A DNA stretch of 64,000 bases from a virus. Positions 10,176 to 20,900 of the stretch are shown here, one piece after another. The notes under the pieces were generated by a model that was not told where the DNA came from, made no database searches, and saw nothing but the letters and a program-made list of their open reading frames with translations. Location of the stretch: IMG/VR virus record IMGVR_UViG_3300031576_000025, positions 18,219-82,218 of that record, one strand, 5' to 3'. Position numbers and translations under genes: made by a program. How positions within the stretch are numbered: the stretch's first letter is position 1; each line of letters starts with the position of its first letter.

Positions 10176-10657
10176 TGGAGGGCAAGGGGACTGCGGCGGT
10201 TGTGGACAAGGACGCGGCGGCTGCGCCGCCGGACGCGGAAGCGCCCGGCGCGCCGCCAGCGGACGCCACTGACGCCCCGCAGCCGGAAGCGGTAAAGCCG
10301 GTCCTTGCCGACGCCGCGGCGCTGAAGGCCAGGCTGGCCACGGCCGTGCAGCTTGTGGTCGGGGGGGCGCTGTACCGGGTGCGCCCGGTGTCCATGCTGC
10401 TGTTCGTGCAGGACCCCACCGCCATGTGGCAGGCGGCGCGCAAGGACAAGGCGCTGCTGGACCGGATGATAAAGGACGCCATGGCGAACCCGTCCATGGA
10501 CCAGCTGCGCCGGGTGCTGGTGTCGGGCATGGTCCACCCGCGGGTGGTGGCGGCGGAATCGCAGGAAACGCCAGGCAGCATTTGGGTGGACACGCTTTTG
10601 ACGGACTACACCCTGGCAACGGAGTTGTACCTTGGGATAGCCAGGCAGTCCATTTAA
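10175..10657 (+). CDS. Tail assembly chaperone
   Basis: Lies between tail tube and tape measure genes. Confidence 0.6.
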   Translation: MEGKGTAAVVDKDAAAAPPDAEAPGAPPADATDAPQPEAVKPVLADAAALKARLATAVQLVVGGALYRVRPVSMLLFVQDPTAMWQAARKDKALLDRMIKDAMANPSMDQLRRVLVSGMVHPRVVAAESQETPGSIWVDTLLTDYTLATELYLGIARQSI

Positions 10658-10669
10658 CAGGGGGGCCGT

Positions 10670-12703
10670 GTGGCCGGTATCGAGATTGAATTCGGGGTAG
10701 TTGACGCGGCCAGCCCCGTAATACAGCGCCTCAGCAAAGAACTTCTAGAGGCCGCGAAGTCCAGCGGACGATTTGCTTCTGATGTTGCCGCCGCCAGCGG
10801 GAAGGCCGACGAGGCCCTGTCACGCATACCGTCAAAAGCTAAGGCGGCCGGTTCTAGCATGGGCGCTCTGGCGCAGGCCGGGGCTTCCCTTAAATCAGAA
10901 ATAGCCGGGTTAGCTTCCGTGGCGGCTGTGACCGCGTTCTTCAAGGGCAGCGTGGAAGCGATTGCCGAAGAGGAACGCGCGCTGTTCCGTCTGACGCAAG
11001 CCCTGCGCCTGAACGGCGAAGCCAGCACCGCCAACATCACCAACCTAAAAGCATTTGCATCAGGATTGCAGGCCACCACCGGCGTGGCAGACGAACAGGT
11101 GATTGGCCTGCTGGCGCTGGCGCGGACCTACAGCACCAGCGTGGAAGGTGCGAAGCGGCTCGCTGAAGTTTCTATTGACCTTGCCGCGGCAATGGGGACG
11201 GAGCCGGTTGATGCACTGCGCAGCCTGGCTGGTGCGCAAGCAGGCATGGTGCGCGAGCTTGCCAAGCTGAACCCGGAAATAAAAAACCTGACAACCGAAC
11301 AGCTAAAAGCCGGGTTCGCCACTGAATTGGTGGCGCAGAAAGTGCAAGGCACGGCCGTTGCGCTGCACCAAACCTTCAGCGGCGCACTGGCGGACGCGAA
11401 GAATCAGCTTGGTGAATTCCAAGAAGAAATCGGGGCCGGTTTAATCCCCGCGCTTCAGCCTTTGATTGCGAACCTGCGGAAGGTGTGGGAAACATTCAGG
11501 CTGCTGGGCACGTTCATAGCCGCATTCGGTGCCCAGCTCGTCGCTGACGTTGAACTTCATTTCACGCAGGCACAGGCGATAATCAAGGGCACGGTTGAAT
11601 TCATCGCCCTAACAGTGCGCGGTAAATTCGACGAGGCAACAGCAGCGGCCCAGCAGGCCATGTCTGGAATGTCGAATGCCACGCGCGAACACGCGGACAA
11701 GACCGTTGTGATTTGGTCCGAGTTCGCCTCTGACGTGGCTGGCATCCAGGAAAAGTCCGCGGCAGCACAAGTTTCAGCTGCCGAAAGCACGGCACAGAAG
11801 GTTAATTTTATTGACGAGAAGATGCTGGAAAAGTTCAAAAAGAATAGGGAGGAAAGAGAACGGTCCATGCAATCTGCTAGTGACAGGGTTGCCGCCCTTG
11901 AAATAGAAGCATTGCAATTGTCCGGTCAGGGTCTTGAAGCAGAAAAATTGCGGATACAGACAGAAAAGGAAGAACGTCTAAAGGCGTTGAATGAAATCGC
12001 GGCAGTAACCCCGCAAATAGAGGCCAAGATTAACGAGGCGCGCGTTCTGACCATGCAAAACGCCGCCCTAGCAGAACAAGCTGCTTTGGAGCAATTCGAC
12101 GTAAGCGGTAAAGCAATCACCGCGCTTGGCGAGCAGGTGACCGGAAGCATAACAAGCGCATTCGGTGATGCATTCGCGGACATGATTTTTGAAGGCAAGG
12201 ACCTTGAACAAAGTTTATCAAATTCGTTTCGGCAGATTGCGAAGCGGGCCGTTGCGTCACTTATTGAAATCGCCATCCAAGCGGCCATAACGCAAGCAAT
12301 AGTAGCTGCTGTCGGCGGCGGGGCTGGGGCCGGGGCTGGTGGCGGCGGCGGCGGCGGCGGTTTCATAAGCAAAATCATCGGCGGCCTACAGACCGGCGGC
12401 ATCGTGGACAGGCCCACAGTCGCCCGCCTTGCGGAAGCAGGCGAACCCGAAGTGGTTGCGCCCGTGTCGCGCCTTATGACCATGATAAAGGGGGCCGTCG
12501 GGGGCGGCGGCGTAGGCGGCGGTGTTGCCGTCACGGTCCACCAGCAAAACAATTTCACTTCGCCGCAGGGGTTCAGCGACGAGCAGGTGGCCCAGGTCAT
12601 GCGCCGAATCGCGGCGTTCACGCGAAACGGTGCTGCCGAAGGCGGGGAATTGGTCAAGTCCATCCTTGCCCGCCAGGGCAAGGTGGAAGGGCAATCCGTG
12701 TGA
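10670..12703 (+). CDS. Tape measure protein
   Basis: 677 aa, Ala-rich and helical; C-terminal GGIVDRPT...AEAGEPEVVAP motif and Gly run. Confidence 0.9.
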   Translation: MAGIEIEFGVVDAASPVIQRLSKELLEAAKSSGRFASDVAAASGKADEALSRIPSKAKAAGSSMGALAQAGASLKSEIAGLASVAAVTAFFKGSVEAIAEEERALFRLTQALRLNGEASTANITNLKAFASGLQATTGVADEQVIGLLALARTYSTSVEGAKRLAEVSIDLAAAMGTEPVDALRSLAGAQAGMVRELAKLNPEIKNLTTEQLKAGFATELVAQKVQGTAVALHQTFSGALADAKNQLGEFQEEIGAGLIPALQPLIANLRKVWETFRLLGTFIAAFGAQLVADVELHFTQAQAIIKGTVEFIALTVRGKFDEATAAAQQAMSGMSNATREHADKTVVIWSEFASDVAGIQEKSAAAQVSAAESTAQKVNFIDEKMLEKFKKNREERERSMQSASDRVAALEIEALQLSGQGLEAEKLRIQTEKEERLKALNEIAAVTPQIEAKINEARVLTMQNAALAEQAALEQFDVSGKAITALGEQVTGSITSAFGDAFADMIFEGKDLEQSLSNSFRQIAKRAVASLIEIAIQAAITQAIVAAVGGGAGAGAGGGGGGGGFISKIIGGLQTGGIVDRPTVARLAEAGEPEVVAPVSRLMTMIKGAVGGGGVGGGVAVTVHQQNNFTSPQGFSDEQVAQVMRRIAAFTRNGAAEGGELVKSILARQGKVEGQSV

Positions 12704-15462
12704 TTCCAGTTTCCGCCGGGTACCTGGCCGCGCAGGCGTCAAACGAATTCAAGGGCGCGCGCCGCATCACGCTATACCGCCGCAATTGGTCCGGCAGCGG
12801 TTGGGAAGGCGTGGGCATTGATATAACCAATGAAGTCATGTCCCCGCAGCGGTTGTCCGACAAGCTGGACACGGAAAAGCTGAACGAGTTTAAAATCGGG
12901 AACCTGGCGGTTTCGGTTGACAACAAGGACGGCCTGTGGGTCCAGGGCAGCACGCGGTTTCCAAACGGGACCTTCCTGCTTTTTAGGTCCAAGGTGGTTG
13001 TGGAATTGGGCATGGTTGTTGGCGGGGTGCCAGAGATTTTTCCGCGCTTCACCGGAATAATTGAGGACATGCCTGGTGGGGGGTCTACGCCCACCGTTAA
13101 CCTGGACATTCGCAGCACCATGCAGATGCTCGAATCGGCGGATGCCGACAAAGCGGCGCTGACCGTTCTGGCTGAAAATCTTGGGACCGGCGATGGTGTG
13201 GCGGCTGAATTCTTAACTGACAACAGCGGGGTTGCCGAATTCAGAAACCTGGTTGTGGGCGGCAACCCGTTGCGGCCGGGGCAGCGGTGGAGCCAGGGAC
13301 AGCTTGACGACCCAAACCTGCCAGGCAAAGTTTCATTCGCAAGCGAACCTGAAATTGGGGAATCCGTCTTGGCGGATTACCTGCGGTGGAAGCGGGACAA
13401 GCGCATAGAGGACGCGGTTGCTGACCTGGTGGCCGTGGTGGCGGACATGGGCGTGGACACCATACAGGCGGTGACTTTCACGCCGCCGCCCGTGCGTGAA
13501 ATAGTCCACACCACCCAGGGCGACTTCATTGCCTACACGCAGAAGCGCACGCGCGTGCAGGCAGAGGCAGCGCCACCGCTTGGTGACGGGGTTATCACGC
13601 TGGACCCACTGGACACCAAGGCAGAATGGGACGCGCGCATCAATAGCAGCGGCGTCAACAACGGCAACCGCGTGCCAAACGGGCTGCACCCATTGTGGCG
13701 GCTGCAATACGAGGCCACGCACCTGCCAGAGGAAGAATATCACGCGGTAGAAGGTGTGCCGCTTCCATTTACAAGGTGGCAGGAAACGGTGTCGCTTGGT
13801 TCCACCCGCAGCGTGTCCAACAGCATCCTGACGTTCCACCATGCACCGGGTTTTGACAGTTTAATACACGGATTACTCAGCGGTGGCCCCGACGGAAACT
13901 ACTTCAGCATCAGGGCCCGTATTGCCAGTAATGGTGGTAGCGCAATCTTGCATTACGCCGGATATTTTGGCAGCGGGCCACAAAAGGGGGCCACAATCCG
14001 CGTTACTGCCGGGCAAGTGGCACTGGAGTCCAGCATGGTGCAGACATTTGCCCTGGACACCGGCCAGTTCCACACCTATGAAGTATTCGTGGACACCGTT
14101 GCTGCGCAGGCTCGCCTAAAAGTTGATGGCGTGCAGGTGTTGTCCCAAGTCCTTGGGACCAGCAATCCCAACAATTTAGGCATCAGCACGGTTGACCTAT
14201 TGTTGCAAGACGCTGCTGGCTCCAGCACCTACGAGATTGATTTCATGCGGTTCAACAATGTGGAACCGCAGCCGCCGCTGCTGGATGCCACATTCGTGAC
14301 GGACTATGACCCCCACCTTGGCGGCCTGACCAGCTTCTCGCTTATCACCACCCTTGGCCCATTTTTCGCCGTATTCCAAGGAGGGGCAAACAGCCCGGAG
14401 TTTTTTTGGTCCAGCAGCAACGACGGTATAAACTTCGGCCCGGAAACAGCCATCCCGCTTGGCGGAAACGTCGGGGCCTGGACCGGAGCTGATTTTGTGC
14501 GCAAGGTGCGCCTGCGCGTCAAGTTCAGGGAAGGTGCGGACCCGGTGCCGGGTGCCATGACGCAGCTGTGGCTGCCAGGTATTGCCCACCTGAAAATTGA
14601 CGGCGGTACTGGCGTACAATCCTGGGACACGTGGACGCAGAAGGTGACGCCAAACAACGGGGCGGTCCAGGTGTTCACCGCTGGACACCACAACCTGACC
14701 AACACCGACAGCTTCTATGCGGCGCTTGGCGTAGGGGGCGCGATTCAGTCAGACAACGACCAATTTCTCGCCGGATTCGGGATGCCAACGCACGTGAACT
14801 TCATCGTGCTTCTGAACACCGCAGGGTTGATTCTGCCGCAGCTGCGCGAGGGGATAATCAACCTGACGACCAACCAAATCCTGCTGACCCTTGCGAACTA
14901 CGGCCGCGGGTCAAAGGTGCTGGCCGTGTTGCGCGAAATCACAGGAATCACCGACCGCGTTATTGGCGTGAATGGAAACGGGTCCTTCTTCTTTAAGGCC
15001 CGCACCGTGCCGGGCAGCCCGTCCAAGGTTCTGGACGACAGCAACGTATTGGAGCCACTGGCGTTTAGTCCCGGTTGGGAAGGCGTGTTCAATATCGTCC
15101 GCGCGACCTTCGGAAATTTCCGCGCGGTGGCGGACGCAGCCAGCGTGGGGGAGGGCAGCCCCACGTCAGAAAATCAGTTCGGGGACCGGCCGCTAGACTT
15201 GCCAGGCACCAGCTTGCTGTTCCAGAAGGACGTGGACCTAGCCACGGCGCTGGTCAAGAAGGCGCGCGAGCGCCTGCGGCTGCCCAAGCGGCGGCTGACC
15301 GTGCGCGTGCGGTGGATGCCAGAGGTGGAACTTCTGGACAGGGTGACCTACAATGTGGTAAAGCCGCGGCAAATCGGCCCGGCCAACCTGGACGCCATTG
15401 TGGCTGGGGCGACCCAGGACCCGGAAGGCTGGACAACGGAACTGGACCTACTGGAGATTTAA
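12700..15462 (+). CDS. Tail tip/hub (Tal-like) protein with inserted lectin-like domain
   Basis: 920 aa after the tape measure; C-terminal N.VR...S...FG.R.L...P.VEL.DRV hub pattern; central FHTYEV..LKVDG LamG-like motif. Confidence 0.65.
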   Translation: MIPVSAGYLAAQASNEFKGARRITLYRRNWSGSGWEGVGIDITNEVMSPQRLSDKLDTEKLNEFKIGNLAVSVDNKDGLWVQGSTRFPNGTFLLFRSKVVVELGMVVGGVPEIFPRFTGIIEDMPGGGSTPTVNLDIRSTMQMLESADADKAALTVLAENLGTGDGVAAEFLTDNSGVAEFRNLVVGGNPLRPGQRWSQGQLDDPNLPGKVSFASEPEIGESVLADYLRWKRDKRIEDAVADLVAVVADMGVDTIQAVTFTPPPVREIVHTTQGDFIAYTQKRTRVQAEAAPPLGDGVITLDPLDTKAEWDARINSSGVNNGNRVPNGLHPLWRLQYEATHLPEEEYHAVEGVPLPFTRWQETVSLGSTRSVSNSILTFHHAPGFDSLIHGLLSGGPDGNYFSIRARIASNGGSAILHYAGYFGSGPQKGATIRVTAGQVALESSMVQTFALDTGQFHTYEVFVDTVAAQARLKVDGVQVLSQVLGTSNPNNLGISTVDLLLQDAAGSSTYEIDFMRFNNVEPQPPLLDATFVTDYDPHLGGLTSFSLITTLGPFFAVFQGGANSPEFFWSSSNDGINFGPETAIPLGGNVGAWTGADFVRKVRLRVKFREGADPVPGAMTQLWLPGIAHLKIDGGTGVQSWDTWTQKVTPNNGAVQVFTAGHHNLTNTDSFYAALGVGGAIQSDNDQFLAGFGMPTHVNFIVLLNTAGLILPQLREGIINLTTNQILLTLANYGRGSKVLAVLREITGITDRVIGVNGNGSFFFKARTVPGSPSKVLDDSNVLEPLAFSPGWEGVFNIVRATFGNFRAVADAASVGEGSPTSENQFGDRPLDLPGTSLLFQKDVDLATALVKKARERLRLPKRRLTVRVRWMPEVELLDRVTYNVVKPRQIGPANLDAIVAGATQDPEGWTTELDLLEI

Positions 15463-15463
15463 G

Positions 15464-17878
15464 GTGGCGCTAAAACAAATCCTAGACACCCCGGCAGCCT
15501 TCGCCGCCAACGTCGGCCAGTCCGGCATGGACCTTTCCGCCGTGCCCATAAAGCTGGTCACGGTCTTTACGCAGGTCCAGATTGACGACTTCGAGGACGC
15601 GGTGCTGGACCCGAAGTGGCTGCGCAACGGCCAGCCGAGCAACTTCATCAGCTACCTGACCAACATAGACCAGGGCAGCGGGTCCTTCAACACCAGCAGC
15701 TTCCGCAAGGCGCAGACGTTCCAGACCGTGTCCAACACAAGCATTCGGCGCGCGTCCATGATTCTTTCCGCCAGCAACCCCGGCGCGCCACCGGGGAACC
15801 TGATTTGCGAAATCCAGACGACGACTGGCGCGCCAGGCAGTGAAATCCCGTCGGGCACGATTCTGGCTTCCAGCAACCCCGTCCCAGCCAGCAGCGTCCC
15901 CAACATAGGGCTTCCACCTTTCACGTTTTTCACCCATTTTGAATTCCCGACGCCGCCCGCGCTGACGGCCGGGACCAAATACGCCATCGTCCTGCGCCAG
16001 ACCGCCATCGGCGTGGACGGAATTTCAATCTACGGCGAAAAATCTTCCAGCGCAAACTACGCCGACGGGCGCGCGCTGTTCTACACCGAATCAACGTCCA
16101 CGTGGAACGTGGCCCTAAGTTTCTTCCCGTTCATTTATGACTGGTATTTCCGCCTGTGGGAACCGGACGCGGCCACGTTCCCAATTGAAACCGGCGGCGC
16201 GCTGCGGTTCGACTACACCAGCGCCACCGTCCCCATTCGCTTGGAAACCCAGTACAACGACAGCCCGCGCGATAGCTACGAGCTGGAAACGCGGTTCATT
16301 TGGAACCGCCTTGCAGCGTCCGGCGCTGCCGGTCTGAAGTTCAGCGTGGCGCTTCTGCAAGGCACAATCGCCCCGCTGCCGCTGTCCGAAGCCGACAAGG
16401 ACGCCAAGCTGCTGCTGGAAATCCAGCTGCGCGGAAACCCCACCAGCGACGATTTCAGCATCCTGCCCATAATCGTGGACGCCAGCGGCAACAAGCGGGC
16501 CTACCCACCGTCCCCGGCGAACTGGAACGGGACGCCAGCGGACCCGGGCCATTTCCTGACCCCGTTCGGGGCCGCGTCCGGGGTCCCTATCACCGTGAAG
16601 GTGTCGCGTCAGGCGGACGGCGGGGTGATTGTCAAGGCGTGGAAGAACGACGACGAATCAGGCCAGACCATTTTCCTGACCACGGCCAGCCCGCCGGTGC
16701 GCACCAACCTGACCGGCCTGGTCCACCTGAACATCGGCAACAGCCCCGACGTGTTCAGCAGCCGGTACGATTTCAGCTACTTTAAGCTGTCCGGCCCGAC
16801 GGTGGAACCGCCGTCCGGGTTCGTCACGTTCCGGCGGCAGTTCGGTTCCCCCACCAAGGTGCAGTCCTTCAATTTCACCAGGACCTTGCCGGTGGTTGGC
16901 GACGTAATAAACGTGCGCACCAGGACCGGGGACACGCTGGCCGCGCTGCTGGCCGCGACCTTCAGCGCGCCGCACCCGACCACGACGGTTGGCAGCGTCG
17001 AAAGCGCCACGCCCTATCTGTCCCCCACCAAGTACATCGAATATCAGCTTGAATTCGTCCACGCCAGCCCCGGCCCCCTGCTGACCGGCTTCGACATCAC
17101 CATGGCGGACGCCGCGGTTGTCGAAGATTCACCGACGATTTTTAGCCTGGACGCCAACGGGCCGGGCACCAGTTCTATCACCACGACCGAAGGCGAAACG
17201 AACACGGCGAACACCAACAAGCTGAAGGACAACGACCCTGCCACCCAGTACGCCAGCACCAACGCCACCGACGGAACGGAAGTGGGAATCACCGTGTCCA
17301 TTACCCCTTCCATTCAGCCGGTCAACTGCGTGCTGCTGCGCAACACCAACCTGAAGGGCGTCAGGGTGGAATGCCCGCCTGGGTCCACGGTCTTTGAGGG
17401 CGACTTGACGGCGGACGACGAACTGGTTACGTTCCCGCTGGTCAGCAGCCCGGGCGGCGTCAAGGTGGTGGGGAAGTCCACCAAGACGCCGAACCAAACC
17501 AAGCGCATCGGGGAAATCTATATCGGCGTGGTTCAGCTGGCGCTGCCCGGGTTCGACGAATACGCGCCCAACCGGCTGATTCGCCAGGGCGGCAGCTATG
17601 AAGCCCTGGGCGGCAAGCTGATAACCTTCAACGGGGTGAAAAAGTACGGCAGCACGTGGACGATTTCGCGCATCCCCGAAGGCACCCTGGCTGACCTGTT
17701 GACCATTTTTGAGGGGCAGCGCCAAGTGACGTTCTGGCCGGAACCCGGGGCGAAGCCGCGGGAGTTGTTTGACGTGGCGTGGGCGGTGGAAGAGATGCCG
17801 CACCCCTACAGCGAATTGGTCAAGACGGACGGCCACACAGTTGAAGGGGCCATGACGGAACTAGAAGGGCGCGTGTAA
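15464..17878 (+). CDS. Tail protein with carbohydrate-binding-like domains and a C-terminal Dit-like domain
   Basis: AQTF..GNL.CEI..PSGTILAS..FEF..P.LTAGTKYAIVL (choice-of-anchor R-like); last ~120 aa resemble a distal tail protein. Confidence 0.6.
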   Translation: MALKQILDTPAAFAANVGQSGMDLSAVPIKLVTVFTQVQIDDFEDAVLDPKWLRNGQPSNFISYLTNIDQGSGSFNTSSFRKAQTFQTVSNTSIRRASMILSASNPGAPPGNLICEIQTTTGAPGSEIPSGTILASSNPVPASSVPNIGLPPFTFFTHFEFPTPPALTAGTKYAIVLRQTAIGVDGISIYGEKSSSANYADGRALFYTESTSTWNVALSFFPFIYDWYFRLWEPDAATFPIETGGALRFDYTSATVPIRLETQYNDSPRDSYELETRFIWNRLAASGAAGLKFSVALLQGTIAPLPLSEADKDAKLLLEIQLRGNPTSDDFSILPIIVDASGNKRAYPPSPANWNGTPADPGHFLTPFGAASGVPITVKVSRQADGGVIVKAWKNDDESGQTIFLTTASPPVRTNLTGLVHLNIGNSPDVFSSRYDFSYFKLSGPTVEPPSGFVTFRRQFGSPTKVQSFNFTRTLPVVGDVINVRTRTGDTLAALLAATFSAPHPTTTVGSVESATPYLSPTKYIEYQLEFVHASPGPLLTGFDITMADAAVVEDSPTIFSLDANGPGTSSITTTEGETNTANTNKLKDNDPATQYASTNATDGTEVGITVSITPSIQPVNCVLLRNTNLKGVRVECPPGSTVFEGDLTADDELVTFPLVSSPGGVKVVGKSTKTPNQTKRIGEIYIGVVQLALPGFDEYAPNRLIRQGGSYEALGGKLITFNGVKKYGSTWTISRIPEGTLADLLTIFEGQRQVTFWPEPGAKPRELFDVAWAVEEMPHPYSELVKTDGHTVEGAMTELEGRV

Positions 17879-17913
17879 CAGTTTAAAATTGGGTGCCGCC
17901 AGCATGGTAGAAT
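17876..17913 (+). promoter_or_regulatory. Extended -10 promoter (TGgTAGAAT) with upstream TAACAGTTTAA box
   Basis: AT-rich intergenic gap; near-copy at 59165-59208. Confidence 0.55.
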
Positions 17914-17935
17914 CGCCAACGTGAGGACCAACCCT

Positions 17936-20900
17936 ATGAAAAAGCCCGCCGCCGTCGCCGTCGTCGCCGGTATCCTGCTTGCCGCGTTCGGCAGCCTGTG
18001 GCCGCTACGCGCCGAGGACGAATTGGCGCGCCGTGACGGCAACCGCACGCCGGTCATGCTGGGGGTGGTGGAAGGGACTGGGGAAATCCGCATGATTCGC
18101 ACGACGCCGGACGGCGCGGTTATCATGTCCCCCGCTTCCGGCAGCCCTTCCCAGGCCGTGAACCAGGGCACGGCCGGGGCGCAGGAATGGCCGGTTAAGA
18201 CCAAGAAGGGGACCAGCAGCATGGACGTTTCCGGGTCCACCGTTGGCGTCAGCGGGTCCACCGTCACCGTTCAAACCGACCCCGCCCACCCCATCAACGT
18301 CAACGTCGTTGCCGGGACCATAAACGCTGGCGTGTCCGGCTCCACCATCATCGTGACCGGCAGCACGGTCAACGTCGTCAACGTCGTTTCCGCGCCCCTG
18401 CACGTCAACGTCGTGTCCGGGTCCATCAGCGCCGGGGTTTCCGGTTCCACGGTCCACGTCAAGAACGAGAACGGCGGGACGCTGGCCGTTTCTGCCAACA
18501 ACCTGGACGTTCGGGACCTGTCCTTTGCCACCGACAAGGCCGACGTGACCGGCAGCGCCGTGCAGGTTTCCAACGCCGGTGGCGTGGCGGCCGTCAACGT
18601 GCAGGACGGCGGCAACGTGCTGTCCGTGGACGACGCCGGGGGAAGCCTGACCGTGGACGGGACCGTGGCCGCCACCCAGTCCGGTGCTTGGACGGTCACG
18701 GCCAATGCCGGGACCGGCACCCAGGCCACCGACCCCGTGGACCGGGCCGCCCGCGCGCTTGGCCGGGCCTTCCTGCGGGACCCCACCAACACCTTCAACA
18801 TGGGCAGCGCCGCCGCGCCCGTGCGCGTGGACACGGTGGGCGTCACCACGGCCCCCGTCAGCGTGGACAGCCTGCCCCTGCCCGCCGGGGCGGCGACCGA
18901 AAGCACCCTTTCCACCATCAACGGCAAGCTGCCCGCCAGCGTGGCTGCCGACAGGACCGCCGCCGGGGCCCCGTCCGCCTCCCGCCTGTCGGACGGTGCC
19001 GCGTTCTACAAGGCCACCACGCCGTCCGACGTGCAGCCTATCAGCGCCACCGCGCTGCCCCTGCCCGCCGGGGCCGCCACGTCCGCGAACCAGGCCACTT
19101 CCAACGGCAGCCTTTCCTCCATAGACGGCAAGCTGCCCGCCACCGTCGCCGCCGACCGCGCCACGGCTGGCGCGCCCAGCGCCGCGCGGCTGTCCGACGG
19201 CACGGCCTTCTACAAGGCGACGACCCCAAGCGACACCCAGCCCATCAGCGCAGCGGCCCTGCCGCTGCCCGCGGGCGCGGCCACCGAAACCACCGCCGCC
19301 ACCATCGCCGGGGACACCACCAGCCTGGACGCCAAGGTGCCCAGCCAGGGCCAGGCCACCATGGCCGCGTCCCTGCCCGTGGCAATCGCCAGCGACCAGT
19401 CCGCCCTTCCTGTCACCCAATCCGGTGCCTGGGCCGTCACCGCGAACGCGGGCACGGGCAAGTTCAACACCACCGGGTCAACGGTCAACGTGACGAACCA
19501 GGAGGGGACCAGCCTGGCGGTGAACGACGCGGGCGGGGCCTTGACCGTGGACGCCGTGAACCTGGACACCAGGGACCTGACATTTGCCGCCGACAAGGTG
19601 GATGCCAGCGGGTCCACCTTGGGGGCCAACAACGGCGTGGATATCGGCAACGTCACCGTGGACAACACCGGCGGTGCCGGGGCCGTGAACGTCCAAGACG
19701 GGGGCAACAGCCTGACGGTGGACGACGGCGGAAGCAGCCTGACCGTGGACGGCACCGTGACGGCCAACGCGGGTACCGGCAAGTTCAATACGACCGGCAG
19801 CACCGTCAACGTGGCCAATCAGGAAGGCACCAGCTTGGCCGTGAACGACAACGGGGCCAGCCTGACGGTGGACGCCAGCAACCTAGACGTGCGCGACCTG
19901 TCCAGCAGCCAGGACAGCATCAGCGCCGTGCAGTCCGGCGCTTGGACCGTCACCAGCCACCAGGGCACCGCCGCGGCGCAATCGGGGCGCTGGCCCATGT
20001 TCCTGTCGGATGGGACCAACGAGCGCGGGACGGACACGCTGCCGCTTCGGGTGGACCCCACTGGCACCACGACCCAGCCTGTTTCCGGCACTGTCACGTC
20101 CAACGCCGGGACCGGCACCTTCAACGTGCAGGCGACCGCGGCCAGCCCGGCCGCCGCGCGCTTGTCGGACGGGGCGGCCTTCTACAAGGCCACCACGCCC
20201 GCTGACACCCAGCCCATCAGCGCCGCCGCCCTACCCCTTCCGTCTGGCGCGGCGACGGCGGCCAACCAATCCACCGCCAACGGAAGCCTGGCGTCCATTG
20301 ACGGCAAGCTGCCTGCGGCCCTTACGGGGTCCGGCAACCTGAAGGTGTCCCTTGCGGAATCCACGGCCGTGCAGGCCGTGTCCCAGTCCGGCGCATGGAC
20401 CGTGACCGCGAACGCTGGCACCGGGAAGTTCGACACGACCGGCAGCACCGTGTCTATCCACGGCTCAACCATCCAGGTCCGCAACGCCTTCGGGGAATCC
20501 CTGAATGTGGGCGACGGTTCCGGCCCGCTGACCGTGGACGGGACCGTGGCCGCCACGCAGTCCGGCAGCTGGTCCGCCGCCGTCAACAACGCCGCGGGCG
20601 CGTCCGCGGTGAACGTGCAGGACGGGGGAAACAGCCTGACCGTTGACGCGGCCGACCTTGACGTGCGCGACCTCACCAACGCTTCCGACAGCGTCACCTC
20701 CCACCAGGGCGGCGCTTGGACGGTCACGGCCAACGCGGGCACCGGGAAGTTCAACACCACCGGGTCCACCGTGAACATCGCCAACCAGGAGGGCACATCG
20801 TTGGCGGTCAACGACAACGGCGGCAGCCTCACCGTGGACGCTTCCAACCTGGACGTGCGCGACCTTTCCAGCGCCCAGGACACCGTGGGCAGCGTCCAGT

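Noticed and set aside
10175-10670. Programmed -1 frameshift (G/GT) of the tail chaperone
   Set aside because: No clear slippery heptamer, and only 12 nt separate the stop from the tape measure start
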